55,069 nt of DNA from Actinomycetes bacterium (lineage in GTDB: Bacteria > Actinomycetota > Actinomycetes > Nanopelagicales > Nanopelagicaceae). Position 1 is the first letter of the stretch. Each line of letters opens with the position of its first letter. This document shows, piece by piece, positions 7,945 through 16,976 of this stretch. Both the position numbers and the translations under genes were made by a program. The notes beneath the pieces were generated by a model, which was given only the letters and a program-made list of their open reading frames with translations, had not been told where the DNA came from and made no database searches. The stretch is from NCBI GenBank assembly GCA_037138535.1, contig JBAXIG010000001.1, positions 1 through 55,069 of the forward strand. The letters are read 5' to 3'.

Positions 7945-9585
7945 TTAGTGGTTATGTCCACCAGGTCCATGTGAGTGCCCATGTCCGCCGCCGGCTGGCG
8001 CTGAGTTATCGCCCTCGACCTTTTCAACAACAGTGGCTTCGGTGGTGAGCAGCATGGCCGAAATTGAGGCTGCGTTGGCAAGTGCAGAGCGCGTCACCTT
8101 CACAGGATCGATAACACCAGCTTTCACCAAGTCAACGTATTCGCCGGTAGCTGCGTTCAAACCGAAGTTATCGGCAAGTTCGCGCACCTTGGCAACTGCA
8201 ACGTAACCTTCGAGGCCAGCATTTTCAGCGATCCATCGAAGTGGTTCGTCAACGGCTTTGCGAACGAGACGCACGCCGACTGCTTCATCACCTGAGAGTC
8301 CGAGATCGCCTGCGAGCACTGTGGCAGCGTGTACGAGTGCACTTCCGCCGCCAGAAACAATTCCTTCTTCCACAGCAGCGCGCGTTGCTGAGATGGCATC
8401 TTCAAGGCGGTGCTTCTTCTCTTTGAGTTCAACCTCAGTATGTGCGCCGACCTTGATGACACAGACGCCACCAGAGAGTTTGGCGAGACGCTCTTGGAGC
8501 TTCTCTTTATCCCAATCGGAATCGGTGCGTGAGATTTCGCCGCGAATTTCTGAAACGCGACCTTCGACATCTGCTTTATTGCCGGCACCATCAATGATGG
8601 TGGTGTTTTCTTTGGTGACGAGTACGCGACGAGCGCGACCCAAGTATTCAAGACCGATTTGATCAAGCTTGAGACCGATTTCAGCGGAGATAACTTGACC
8701 ACCCGTGAGGATTGCAATGTCTTGGAGCATCGCCTTGCGGCGATCGCCAAAACCTGGGGCTTTGATAGCTACAGCGGTGAAGAGGCCGCGCATCTTGTTC
8801 ACTACGAGAGTGGAAAGCGCTTCGCCTTCGACATCTTCAGCAATGATCACAAGTGGCTTACCGCCTTGGGCGACCTTTTCCATGATAGGAAGAAGTTCGC
8901 TGAGTGAAGAAATCTTTGACTGAGTGATGAGCACGTAAGCATCTTCGAGGATGGCTTCCATGCGCTCTTGATCAGTGACGAAGTAGGGGGAGATGTAACC
9001 CTTATCGAATTGCATACCTTCAGTGAATTCGAGTTCCAGCCCAGTGGTATTCGACTCTTCCACCGTGATGACGCCGTCTTTGCCAACTTTGTCCATGGCC
9101 TCAGCAATAAGATCACCGATTGCCGGATCCTGCGCCGAGATGGTGGCAACGTTAGCGATCTGCGACTTGTCTTTTACGGGAATAGCAGTCGATGCGAGCT
9201 TCTCTACGAGAGCGATAACAGCGGCTTCGATGCCCTTCTTGATTGCCATGGGTTGCGCACCCGCAGCCAGGTTACGAAGACCTTCGTGGATCATTGCTTG
9301 GGCAAGCACGGTGGCAGTTGTGGTGCCATCGCCGGCAACGTCGTTGGTCTTGGTGGCAACTTCCTTCACGAGTTGTGCGCCAAGGTTCTCACCGGCGTGC
9401 TCCAACTCAATCTCACGAGCGATAGTGACACCATCATTAGTGATGGTTGGTGCGCCAAACTTCTTATCGATGACTACGTTTCGCCCCTTAGGTCCGAGCG
9501 TCACCTTTACTGCGTTGGCGAGAGCGTCGACTCCACGCTCCATCGCACGACGAGCATTTTCATCAAAACTGAGTGTCTTAGACAT
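7945..9585 (-). CDS. groEL: Chaperonin GroEL (GroEL1-type, His-rich C-terminal tail)
   Basis: 546-aa ORF with [14 protein letters not shown] and [11 protein letters not shown]. The tail is [15 protein letters not shown] rather than a GGM repeat. It lies directly downstream of groES. Confidence 0.98.
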   Translation of the reverse strand: MSKTLSFDENARRAMERGVDALANAVKVTLGPKGRNVVIDKKFGAPTITNDGVTIAREIELEHAGENLGAQLVKEVATKTNDVAGDGTTTATVLAQAMIHEGLRNLAAGAQPMAIKKGIEAAVIALVEKLASTAIPVKDKSQIANVATISAQDPAIGDLIAEAMDKVGKDGVITVEESNTTGLELEFTEGMQFDKGYISPYFVTDQERMEAILEDAYVLITQSKISSLSELLPIMEKVAQGGKPLVIIAEDVEGEALSTLVVNKMRGLFTAVAIKAPGFGDRRKAMLQDIAILTGGQVISAEIGLKLDQIGLEYLGRARRVLVTKENTTIIDGAGNKADVEGRVSEIRGEISRTDSDWDKEKLQERLAKLSGGVCVIKVGAHTEVELKEKKHRLEDAISATRAAVEEGIVSGGGSALVHAATVLAGDLGLSGDEAVGVRLVRKAVDEPLRWIAENAGLEGYVAVAKVRELADNFGLNAATGEYVDLVKAGVIDPVKVTRSALANAASISAMLLTTEATVVEKVEGDNSAPAGGGHGHSHGPGGHNH

Positions 9586-9614
9586 GTTCTCTCTTCTTCA
9601 AGGTAGCTATTCGT

Positions 9615-9646
9615 GAACTTGCGAACTTCCGTACTTCAGCACTTCA
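9615..9646. repeat. Degenerate 8-bp periodic repeat x4 (GAACTTGC GAACTTCC GTACTTCA GCACTTCA) in the groES-groEL spacer
   Basis: Read directly. On the mRNA strand it gives four GAAGT motifs at 8-nt spacing, 30-60 nt upstream of the groEL ATG. Confidence 0.7.
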
Positions 9647-9677
9647 GAACAAATTCAAATGGGTGGGAGGAGAAGGT

Positions 9678-9709
9678 GCTCGCGGCCTCCGCTAGCGAAG
9701 GCCGCGAGC
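9678..9709 (-). other. Perfect 11-bp stem / 10-nt loop hairpin just after the groES stop (intercistronic stem-loop)
   Basis: GCTCGCGGCCT ... AGGCCGCGAGC are exact reverse complements. No U-tract follows on the minus strand, so this is not a classical terminator. Confidence 0.7.
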
Positions 9710-9716
9710 TGCCAAA

Positions 9717-10007
9717 TTACTTCTCGATGACCGCGAGGATGTCGCGGGCGGAGAGAATGAGGTACTCCTCGTTGTTGTACTTCACTTCGGTCCCGCCGTA
9801 CTTGCTGTAAATGACGACATCGCCGACCTTTACATCAAGCGGAACACGGTTTCCATCTTCGAATCGACCCGGGCCAACTGCAATAACAGAACCCTCTTGA
9901 GGCTTCTCTTTTGCAGTATCTGGGATCACGAGGCCAGATGCCGTGGTCTGCTCAGCTGCGCTGGCTTTAACCACGATCCGGTCTTCAAGCGGCTTAATAG
10001 CGGTCAC
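9717..10007 (-). CDS. groES: Co-chaperonin GroES
   Basis: 96-aa ORF with [11 protein letters not shown]...[15 protein letters not shown]...[11 protein letters not shown] start. Confidence 0.98.
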   Translation of the reverse strand: MTAIKPLEDRIVVKASAAEQTTASGLVIPDTAKEKPQEGSVIAVGPGRFEDGNRVPLDVKVGDVVIYSKYGGTEVKYNNEEYLILSARDILAVIEK

Positions 10008-10088
10008 TTTGACCTTTCCCCTTTACTTTCGTCGTTGGTCTGCTGCCAACAGCGCCGACGCCGTCGCGGGGGTCGTAGACGCTTACTT

Positions 10089-10115
10089 TTGGCAGACTCG
10101 GGGTGAGAGTGCTAG
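10089..10115. promoter_or_regulatory. Degenerate CIRCE-like inverted repeat (second HrcA operator candidate)
   Basis: TTGGCAGAC-N9-GAGTGCTAG against consensus TTAGCACTC-N9-GAGTGCTAA. The left half matches 6/9 and the right half 8/9. It sits immediately downstream of the predicted -10. Confidence 0.4.
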
Positions 10116-10119
10116 CCCA

Positions 10120-10148
10120 ACTTTACGAGCGGGTTAGCACTTGGTCAA
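10120..10148 (-). promoter_or_regulatory. Candidate groES promoter
   Basis: On the minus strand: -35 TTGACC (10148-10143), 17-nt spacer, -10 TAAAGT (10125-10120). The -35 lies inside the CIRCE spacer. Confidence 0.5.
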
Positions 10149-10160
10149 ACCGAGTGCCAG
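10134..10160. promoter_or_regulatory. CIRCE element (HrcA operator)
   Basis: TTAGCACTT-GGTCAAACC-GAGTGCCAG against consensus TTAGCACTC-N9-GAGTGCTAA. Located upstream of groES. Confidence 0.65.
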
Positions 10161-10188
10161 CCCATCAGGCAGGAGGGGTGACGAGTGC

Positions 10189-11226
10189 TCAGGCGAGGGT
10201 GACTTGACCCACCGGGAGAGCCGATCTCGCCTCAAAGCCCGGCCGTGAAGGCTGAGCCCCTGCGCTCACCAGCAGAGAGCCAAGGGCGGCCACCATGGCG
10301 CCGTTATCGGTACAGAGGGCAGGACGCGGGATGCGGACGGCGACGCCCACCTTGCTCGCCCGCTCCTCGGCCAGGAAACGCAGGCGAGAGTTGGCTGCTA
10401 CGCCGCCGCCGATGATGAGGTGCTCGATTCCTTCGGCCTTCGCCGCTGCCAGCGCCTTGGTCAGCAAGACATCGACCACGGCTTCTTGAAAGGAGGCGGA
10501 GACGTCGGCTACGTGAAAGTTCGGATGATCGTGCAGGTAACGCGCTACTGCGCTCTTTAATCCAGAGAACGAGAAATCAAAGGCGTGATCTTCTTGATCC
10601 TTGGATTGCGTGAACCCTCGCGGGAAATCAATGGCACTCGTATTTCCGCTCTGCGCTTCGCGATCGATTGCAGGCCCGCCGGGGAAACCAAGACCAAGAA
10701 TGCGCGCTACTTTGTCGAACGCCTCACCGGCAGCATCATCCATGGTGGCTCCGAGCGCGGTGATACGAGAGCTCACATCGTCCACCCGTAAGAGCGAGGT
10801 ATGTCCGCCGCTTACGAGGAGCGCAATTGCAGGAGATGGAAGTGCGCCGTGCTCTAAGACATCAACGCTCACGTGCGCTGCTAAGTGATTAACTGCATAG
10901 AGCGGCTTATCAAGTGCAAATGCCAATCCTGCGGCAGCGCTTGTTCCCACCAAGAGTGCACCAACTAATCCCGGTCCGGCAGTTACCGCGATTGCATCTA
11001 AATCTTTCAACGAGATGCGAGCTTCTTCGCAGGCGCGCTCAATGCCCGGCACCATCGCCTCCAAATGCGCACGAGAGGCGACTTCTGGAACTACGCCGCC
11101 GAATCGGGCATGTTCTTCAACGCTGGAAGCGATCGCATCGGCTAGCAAAGTAGTGCCGCGCACTATTCCTATTGCTGTTTCATCGCAGGAAGTTTCGATT
11201 CCGAGAACTAATGGTTCATTCTTCAT
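10189..11226 (-). CDS. tsaD: tRNA N6-adenosine threonylcarbamoyltransferase TsaD
   Basis: [11 protein letters not shown] and the downstream Kae1/TsaD blocks. I chose the ATG at 11226 (ATGA overlap with the rimI stop) over the GTG at 11238 in the ORF track. Confidence 0.93.
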   Translation of the reverse strand: MKNEPLVLGIETSCDETAIGIVRGTTLLADAIASSVEEHARFGGVVPEVASRAHLEAMVPGIERACEEARISLKDLDAIAVTAGPGLVGALLVGTSAAAGLAFALDKPLYAVNHLAAHVSVDVLEHGALPSPAIALLVSGGHTSLLRVDDVSSRITALGATMDDAAGEAFDKVARILGLGFPGGPAIDREAQSGNTSAIDFPRGFTQSKDQEDHAFDFSFSGLKSAVARYLHDHPNFHVADVSASFQEAVVDVLLTKALAAAKAEGIEHLIIGGGVAANSRLRFLAEERASKVGVAVRIPRPALCTDNGAMVAALGSLLVSAGAQPSRPGFEARSALPVGQVTLA

Positions 11227-11696
11227 CGCGTGAGCCACTCCTTCAGCAGATGCGAAGGCGCGGCCATGATGAGCGCGTGAATTCCTGGCGCGTAATAATT
11301 CTTCCGGCGCGAAATTTCCTCGAAGCCTGCGCTCTGATAAAGACCAATCGCTGAAGCATTATCTTCGCGTACTTCCAGGAGCACATCGGGTGCTTCACGT
11401 CGGAGTGCCTCTATCACGAGGAGTTTAAGAAGCGCTTTGCCGATTCCCTTACCTTGCTCGCTCTTCACCACTGTCATCGTTTGAATATCGGCCACTTCTC
11501 CTGCTAGCGGCGAGAAGAGTCCGGCATATCCAATAATTTCGTCGCTCTCGGCGACTACGTAATAACGAGTATCAGGAATGCCATCGAATTCGGAGTCGAA
11601 AATATCTAAGCTCCAGGCATCAATGGGGTAGAGCTCTGCCTCGATTGAGAAGAGCGTTGGCAGATCTTCGCGCCTAGCGGCCCGGTAGGAAATCAT
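11223..11696 (-). CDS. rimI: Ribosomal-protein-alanine N-acetyltransferase (GNAT)
   Basis: 157-aa GNAT with an acetyl-CoA motif ([10 protein letters not shown]). Conserved position between tsaB and tsaD. ATGA overlap with tsaB. Confidence 0.85.
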   Translation of the reverse strand: MISYRAARREDLPTLFSIEAELYPIDAWSLDIFDSEFDGIPDTRYYVVAESDEIIGYAGLFSPLAGEVADIQTMTVVKSEQGKGIGKALLKLLVIEALRREAPDVLLEVREDNASAIGLYQSAGFEEISRRKNYYAPGIHALIMAAPSHLLKEWLTR

Positions 11697-12310
11697 GCGA
11701 GCACCGGCGGCGTAGCATCCGGTCGGCGCATGTACATGGGCGCATGGTCAGCCAGAGCAAACTCTGAAGCCCGCGCGGCCAACAGAGCCATGCTGGGGAA
11801 GGGTGGGTCCAAGAGATATGGAAAGAGTTCCCCATAAATTTCTACCGCATCCCCCGCGGTGGGCAGCCAGCGCTCTTCATCGGTGAGATCGCCCGGCTTG
11901 AGAACACGTAACTCGCCTAAACGTTTCCCGGCCGCCGAGTACCGCGCCCAGTAGACCTCTTTGCGTCTGGCGTCAGTAGCAACTGCAAATTCTTGGTTAC
12001 ATGAAACTTCAGCTGCGATGACATCTAACGTGCAGACCGATATCAACGGCACTCCGAGAGCGAATGCAAAGCTCTGCGCAAAAGAGATACCTACCCGCAA
12101 TCCAGTGAAGGGCCCCGGGCCAACTCCAACAGCCACTGACGAAATGGTCGAGCGATCCACATCTTGTAGAAGTTGGGAGGCTAATCGAGAGAGTGCTTCT
12201 CCGTGGGCAGTTGCGCCCTCTTCATAAAGCTCATCGATCACAATTTGAGATGAGGCGAGGGCGATGCCCGTACGTCGCGTGGCAGTATCGATGGCAAGTG
12301 TGAGTGACAT
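11693..12310 (-). CDS. tsaB: tRNA threonylcarbamoyladenosine biosynthesis protein TsaB
   Basis: LAIDTATRRTGIAL N-terminus. The ATG at 12310 overlaps the tsaE stop (TAATG). The ORF track extends to a TTG at 12322. Confidence 0.88.
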   Translation of the reverse strand: MSLTLAIDTATRRTGIALASSQIVIDELYEEGATAHGEALSRLASQLLQDVDRSTISSVAVGVGPGPFTGLRVGISFAQSFAFALGVPLISVCTLDVIAAEVSCNQEFAVATDARRKEVYWARYSAAGKRLGELRVLKPGDLTDEERWLPTAGDAVEIYGELFPYLLDPPFPSMALLAARASEFALADHAPMYMRRPDATPPVLA

Positions 12311-12735
12311 TAGCTGCGCCAATCTAAAGTTACTTCGCGCTCTTCTGGCGAAGTGATGGCGATATTAACGACAAGGCGCACTTCGTCGAAAAAGGTTTCG
12401 TCTCCCCACTCCACCACAACGACGCCCGTAGTGAGATCGGCTTCCAAATCAAGATCCCCTACTTCTGCGCGCACGTTGGAGTGATCGAGTAATCGATAGA
12501 GATCTACATGAGTGAGTGGGATGGGGCCAAGGTGTCGGCGGGCAATCACAAAGGTCGGCGAAGAGATCTGTTCGGTGATTCCCAGCCCCGCACCGATACC
12601 GCGCACTAGGGCAGTCTTCCCAGCAGCTAACTCGCCGCGAAGAACCACTAAGTCACCGACGTTGAGGCGCGTGGCGATCTCAGCGCCAAGAGCTTCCATC
12701 TGTGTGACTGTGGTGATTTTCGTGCTGATATGCAT
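12310..12735 (-). CDS. tsaE: tRNA threonylcarbamoyladenosine biosynthesis ATPase TsaE
   Basis: 141-aa ORF. P-loop GELAAGKT and SPTFVI motif. Confidence 0.9.
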   Translation of the reverse strand: MHISTKITTVTQMEALGAEIATRLNVGDLVVLRGELAAGKTALVRGIGAGLGITEQISSPTFVIARRHLGPIPLTHVDLYRLLDHSNVRAEVGDLDLEADLTTGVVVVEWGDETFFDEVRLVVNIAITSPEEREVTLDWRS

Positions 12736-12775
12736 AAGAGAAGCCTACTTGCTCGCGCTGAGGCACTCGCTGGGG

Positions 12776-12811
12776 GAAAAAGAATCGGGGGGCTCTTGCG
12801 AGCCCCCCGAT
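12776..12811 (-). terminator. Rho-independent terminator after the secreted hydrolase gene
   Basis: Perfect 12-bp stem ATCGGGGGGCTC / GAGCCCCCCGAT with loop TTGC. On the minus strand it is followed by TCTTTTTCC. Confidence 0.85.
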
Positions 12812-12827
12812 CAACTTTTGCTATCTA

Positions 12828-14420
12828 CTAGCCGTAGATCTTCAGAAGCGGTGTCTCCAGCATGTCATCCGTTGAGAAACCAGGAATGGTTTCGCGAAGG
12901 AACTGAGTGATGAAAGCATCTGGAAGCACACCATTTTGGGCACCGTAATTCGCCATCCAGGCAACGGTCAACATCTGCATAGATGAGAAGTTGCAGTGAT
13001 TAGCTGAGGTCGGAATCGGATACGAGGTATCTGGCAAACCAGCAGCGGTGAATTGGGTGTAGTGCTCAGGACCTGCGGTGATGAACGAGGCGTACATCTC
13101 CGTAGCCGAGTTGGAAGCGAGGTACTTATCGGTGAGCCATTGAGTGTTTCCAGCAAAGACCGCCGGATCGTTCAACGAGTGCATTGTCACCGTGGGAATA
13201 ACGACCTTGCCCGAGGTTGACTTCAAGATCTTTAATTTGGCAACAGCGGCTGCGTCAGCAGTCCATTTAGGTGCCAATTTAAGTACTCCTTGCATGCCGG
13301 CAATTGCCGCATCTCCAGAGAGTGCCATGTTGTAAGTTCCGGCAGCATCGCCGACACGTGCAACATAATCGTGGGTGGAGTTGTCGAGGATCTTGCCACC
13401 CATTTGCTGCTCTAGATCGTAGTTAACGACGATACCGAGAACTGCTGCGTTAGCTAGGTTCTCGAGAACACCAAGAGCTGGCGAAATAGCCAAGGCGAAT
13501 TTGTCGTAATCCTGGTTGAGCGGATTACTTGGATCTCCTGGACCAGTCGTTCCGTCGAAGTGCGCGCTCTGTGTGGGCAGGCCTGAAATCAAGCCGACCA
13601 TTAAGAGTGCGCTACGAGCAGGAATACCTGCAGCAATGAGGTTAGCGGCAAGAGGTGAAGCCTTTGCAGTCTCTGGCCAAGTGCCGACAGTAATGCCGGC
13701 CTGAAGTGCGCCAAGGGCCGTAAATATCTTGCCAATGTCACCCATGGCTTGCGCATAACCGGCAAGGCCGGCTGCATAACCATGACCCACGATGGTGGGA
13801 TCGAAGAAGGTTTGCATTCCCCAAACGATGTCAGTTGCGTAATCCAATGAAGATCCGATGTCGTTGGAAACCGTGCAGAGCGGAGCCATGGCGGCAAACG
13901 TTCCTGGGTTTTGGTCAACGAGCAACTGGGTGATGAAGCCACCTTCAGAAGCGCCCCACGCGATAATCTTCTTCGTGCTCGGGAACTTAGTCTTGAATGC
14001 AGCGACCACTTCCATCTGACTCTTCACTGCGAGTTCAGGTGCCCAACCTTGCTTGGAGTAACCCGAGCCGGCGATACCGAATCCGGAACCCAGGAGCGCC
14101 TTTGCAACATCTGTACTTGGTGCTGGTTCAGGAGTTGAAGTGACCTTGTAGCCACCGACGACTGGAATCGCTGCCGGTAGATCTACTGGGTAACGGTAGC
14201 CATGTGACCAGAGGTAGAGCGTGCCACCGAAGTTGGTAGGTGCGCTAAATGAGTAGGCGGCACCATCGCTTCCCACTCCATTGCAGCTTGTGATTCCAAG
14301 AGCGGTATCACAAGTGGGATCAGCAGCGTTTGCTACTGATGGAATCGCAACCGTAGTTGCGAGTGCAAGTACCGACGAAGCAAGGATTGCCGCGCCGCGA
14401 CGTGTGATTCGATTCGACAT
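12828..14420 (-). CDS. Tat-secreted alpha/beta-hydrolase-like protein with a large cap insertion
   Basis: 530-aa ORF. N-terminus MSNRITRRGAAILASSVLALATTVAIPSVANA has a twin-arginine signal and an AxA cleavage site. GASEGG is a candidate nucleophile elbow. Distal HSLNDP and SANHCNF are possible Asp and His of the triad. Strong SD AAGGAGG. The gene lies 11 nt downstream of the SBP gene. Confidence 0.65.
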   Translation of the reverse strand: MSNRITRRGAAILASSVLALATTVAIPSVANAADPTCDTALGITSCNGVGSDGAAYSFSAPTNFGGTLYLWSHGYRYPVDLPAAIPVVGGYKVTSTPEPAPSTDVAKALLGSGFGIAGSGYSKQGWAPELAVKSQMEVVAAFKTKFPSTKKIIAWGASEGGFITQLLVDQNPGTFAAMAPLCTVSNDIGSSLDYATDIVWGMQTFFDPTIVGHGYAAGLAGYAQAMGDIGKIFTALGALQAGITVGTWPETAKASPLAANLIAAGIPARSALLMVGLISGLPTQSAHFDGTTGPGDPSNPLNQDYDKFALAISPALGVLENLANAAVLGIVVNYDLEQQMGGKILDNSTHDYVARVGDAAGTYNMALSGDAAIAGMQGVLKLAPKWTADAAAVAKLKILKSTSGKVVIPTVTMHSLNDPAVFAGNTQWLTDKYLASNSATEMYASFITAGPEHYTQFTAAGLPDTSYPIPTSANHCNFSSMQMLTVAWMANYGAQNGVLPDAFITQFLRETIPGFSTDDMLETPLLKIYG

Positions 14421-14431
14421 GTCAATCCTCC

Positions 14432-15742
14432 TTAGTTATTCGGAATTGCGTTGGCCGGCATTGCCGGGCGGACATAGGTAGAGGTGACAACTGCGCCACT
14501 TCCAGAATCGGTCGTGTAGATGGTGTATTTGCCACCATCTGGAACCAAGTTGCCAGCAGCGTCATAGGCACCAAACCAGTACCCGGTATAACCAGCATGG
14601 CTGGTTGCCGAGTACCCAAATGGCACGAGACCAGCGGTAGCGAAACTGCTGCCCTTAGCTTCGAGAGCCTTCACAAGACCGGCACGGGTGAGATCCTTGC
14701 CTGCTGCACGAAGCGCAGTCACCAGAGTCATACCCATGTTCATACCAACAAGAATGTTGTTATCCCAGGTCTTATCTTTGCCCTTGTTGTACTTCTCGTT
14801 GATCTCCTTGAACTTGACGACGTATGGATCCTTGTCGTCAGAAGTTGAAGGAAGGAACGAAGCACCCATAGCGCCATTGATCAGTGCTGCAGGAATGCCG
14901 AGCGCCTTCAACGTGGTGGCATCTCCACCAACAGATCCGAGGATCCATTGAGGTGCAAAGCCCAATTTGGCAGCGGTTGCAATTGCAATACCGTTCGCTG
15001 ACGAGACGCCGAAGAGCACAACTACTTCAGCACCTGCAGCCTTGAACGCAGTAAGTTGTGCGCCGAGACCGGGTGATGATTGTGAACCGGATGCGTATCC
15101 CTTAGAGGAAACGAATGTGGTGCCTGCGGACTTAAAGCCTGCAAGACCATCGCGACCGTAGTCATCATCCTGGTAAAGGATGGCGATCTTCTTGCCAGGG
15201 AATTTGGATGCGAGAAGTTTGCCCACAATCTTGCCTTCCATCACGTATGAAGGGAGGTAAGTGAAAGTGGTGGGGTACTTCTTAGGATTATCAAATCCGC
15301 TAAAGCCCGTGCTCACAAAGAGATCAGGAATGCCGCGCTTGCCGGGGTTAATGCTCTTGAGCACGGCGAGGTGGGTGGCAGTTCCGAGAGAGCCCGCTAA
15401 CCCGAATACCTTGTCTTGCAATATAAGTTTGTTGGTCTTTGATACAGCTGTCGCTGGTGCATAGCGATCATCTTCAATTTTGAGAGTGACCTTGCGACCA
15501 AAGACGCCACCGTTTTCATTGATGTAATCGAGATAGCCTTGAGCAGCTGGAGCAACTTTGTTGTAGCCAGGAGCCGCGATTCCACTCATTGGAACAGTAA
15601 TTCCAAAGGTGACCGACGAATCCGTGACGCCAACTTCGTTGCGCAACGTTGCTTGCGCCGGCAGAGTTGCGAGCGCAAGGCCGACAACTGCAACCGCCGC
15701 GACCGCAGCAATAAGCCGAGGTGTGCGCGTGATGCGTGACAT
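14432..15742 (-). CDS. ABC transporter substrate-binding protein, branched-chain amino-acid (LivJ/PBP1) type
   Basis: I chose the internal ATG at 15742 (MSRITRTPRLIAAVAAVAVVGLALATLPAQA signal peptide, AAGGAA SD). The 552-aa ORF in the track extends upstream through non-coding-looking sequence. Confidence 0.85.
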   Translation of the reverse strand: MSRITRTPRLIAAVAAVAVVGLALATLPAQATLRNEVGVTDSSVTFGITVPMSGIAAPGYNKVAPAAQGYLDYINENGGVFGRKVTLKIEDDRYAPATAVSKTNKLILQDKVFGLAGSLGTATHLAVLKSINPGKRGIPDLFVSTGFSGFDNPKKYPTTFTYLPSYVMEGKIVGKLLASKFPGKKIAILYQDDDYGRDGLAGFKSAGTTFVSSKGYASGSQSSPGLGAQLTAFKAAGAEVVVLFGVSSANGIAIATAAKLGFAPQWILGSVGGDATTLKALGIPAALINGAMGASFLPSTSDDKDPYVVKFKEINEKYNKGKDKTWDNNILVGMNMGMTLVTALRAAGKDLTRAGLVKALEAKGSSFATAGLVPFGYSATSHAGYTGYWFGAYDAAGNLVPDGGKYTIYTTDSGSGAVVTSTYVRPAMPANAIPNN

Positions 15743-15929
15743 GGGGTTCCTTTCAGGGACCGGTGGTAGCTGAGGCGAGCCAGGGCGCTCGACACAGTCC
15801 GGTTGATGTTGGGATGAGCGTATAACCGCCTGGGCGCCAATGCGAGAGATTTGTGGCTTTTTTCCCTGCGAAATGAGAGCAATGTCGGAATTGCTAAGGT
15901 TCTGACGAGTCAGTTTGGCACTTTCTTGG

Positions 15930-16976
15930 CTAATGCGAGGAGCGGCGCCCCTTGGAACGCAAGCCATGTGCCAGGTGATTAAATGCAGCTGCCGTCCCCC
16001 CAGGATTAAAGAGGACGGTGAGTACGAGTAAGACTCCCGTGATAACCCCTGGAAGATTTGTATGAATCGACTCCGAGGCATTGCTCGCAATCATGTCGGA
16101 GAGCATCGGCAAGATCACCAAAGCGAGCGCACCGACTATGGCGCCATAGATAGACCTAATGCCGCCAATCACTGCGCCGGTGAGTATTAAGAAGGAGAGA
16201 GATAAGCCAAACGTTGAAGGTGCCACACTCGAAAGCGTCACACTTAAGATTGCTCCAGCAAAACCCGCAAAGCCTGCCGAGACGGCAAACGCCAAAATCT
16301 TGCTTCGGGCCACATTGATACCTGCAAGAGCAGCCGCACTTTCATCTGCGCGCACTGCGCGCCAAATCCGCCCGTAACGACTCTTGGTGATGTTGACTGC
16401 AAGGGCAATACCGAGAATCAGCGCAGCGCCACAAATCCAATAGACCCACTTATTCAAAAACATATACGGATCGCCATAACGTGACGGTGGCCCATATTGC
16501 TCAGCAGCATCCCAAGAGATTCCTTGCTCGCCTCCCAAGATATTTACTAAGCCGGAAATAGAAGGTACGCCTACCGCAAAAGCGAGAGTCGTTCCCGCAA
16601 GGTAAGGACCAGAGAGGCGTGCCGCCGCGATGCCCACAATTGCACCAACAATGGCAGCGGCAATCACCGAGATAAAGAATGTGAGCCAGATCGGCCAATG
16701 CAAATTAACTAGGAAAAGCGCACAGGCATAAGCGCCGACCGCAAGAAATGAGCCATGACCGAGAGAGACTTGTCCCGAATACCCAGTGAGCATCACGATC
16801 GAAATGATTGCAAGTGCATATGCAGCAACCATTGATCCTTGAGTAATACGGAATTCAGAAACTCGATCGCCCATGAGCACCCATGCGAAAGCCGCGATCG
16901 CAATCCCGATGAGCACACGCACCGGACGAGGAATTCTAGAAAGAAAATGTAGGGGTCGCTTAGACACGTCGACCAC
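15930..16976 (-). CDS. livM: Branched-chain amino-acid ABC transporter permease (LivM-type)
   Basis: 348-aa polytopic membrane ORF with a LivM-like layout. It overlaps the livH 3' end. Confidence 0.85.
   Translation of the reverse strand: MVDVSKRPLHFLSRIPRPVRVLIGIAIAAFAWVLMGDRVSEFRITQGSMVAAYALAIISIVMLTGYSGQVSLGHGSFLAVGAYACALFLVNLHWPIWLTFFISVIAAAIVGAIVGIAAARLSGPYLAGTTLAFAVGVPSISGLVNILGGEQGISWDAAEQYGPPSRYGDPYMFLNKWVYWICGAALILGIALAVNITKSRYGRIWRAVRADESAAALAGINVARSKILAFAVSAGFAGFAGAILSVTLSSVAPSTFGLSLSFLILTGAVIGGIRSIYGAIVGALALVILPMLSDMIASNASESIHTNLPGVITGVLLVLTVLFNPGGTAAAFNHLAHGLRSKGRRSSH

Noticed and set aside
8968-9616. Two overlapping plus-strand ORFs of about 200 aa, and a 197-aa minus-strand ORF in another frame at 8157-8750
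   Set aside because: All are contained within groEL, either antisense or in an alternate frame. They have no start context or motifs and their composition is Ser/Arg/Ala-rich, as expected for off-frame GC-rich sequence.
15743-16090. N-terminal 116 codons of the 552-aa ORF-track entry for the binding protein. The same issue applies to extensions at 34507-34725 (infA), 30029-30118 (ABC-F), 51675-51755 (rpsL), 40814-40942 (rpsN) and 44227-44322 (rplV).
   Set aside because: The extensions overlap upstream genes or run through spacers and show no homologous or signal-peptide-like sequence. In each case an internal start with an RBS reproduces the canonical family N-terminus.
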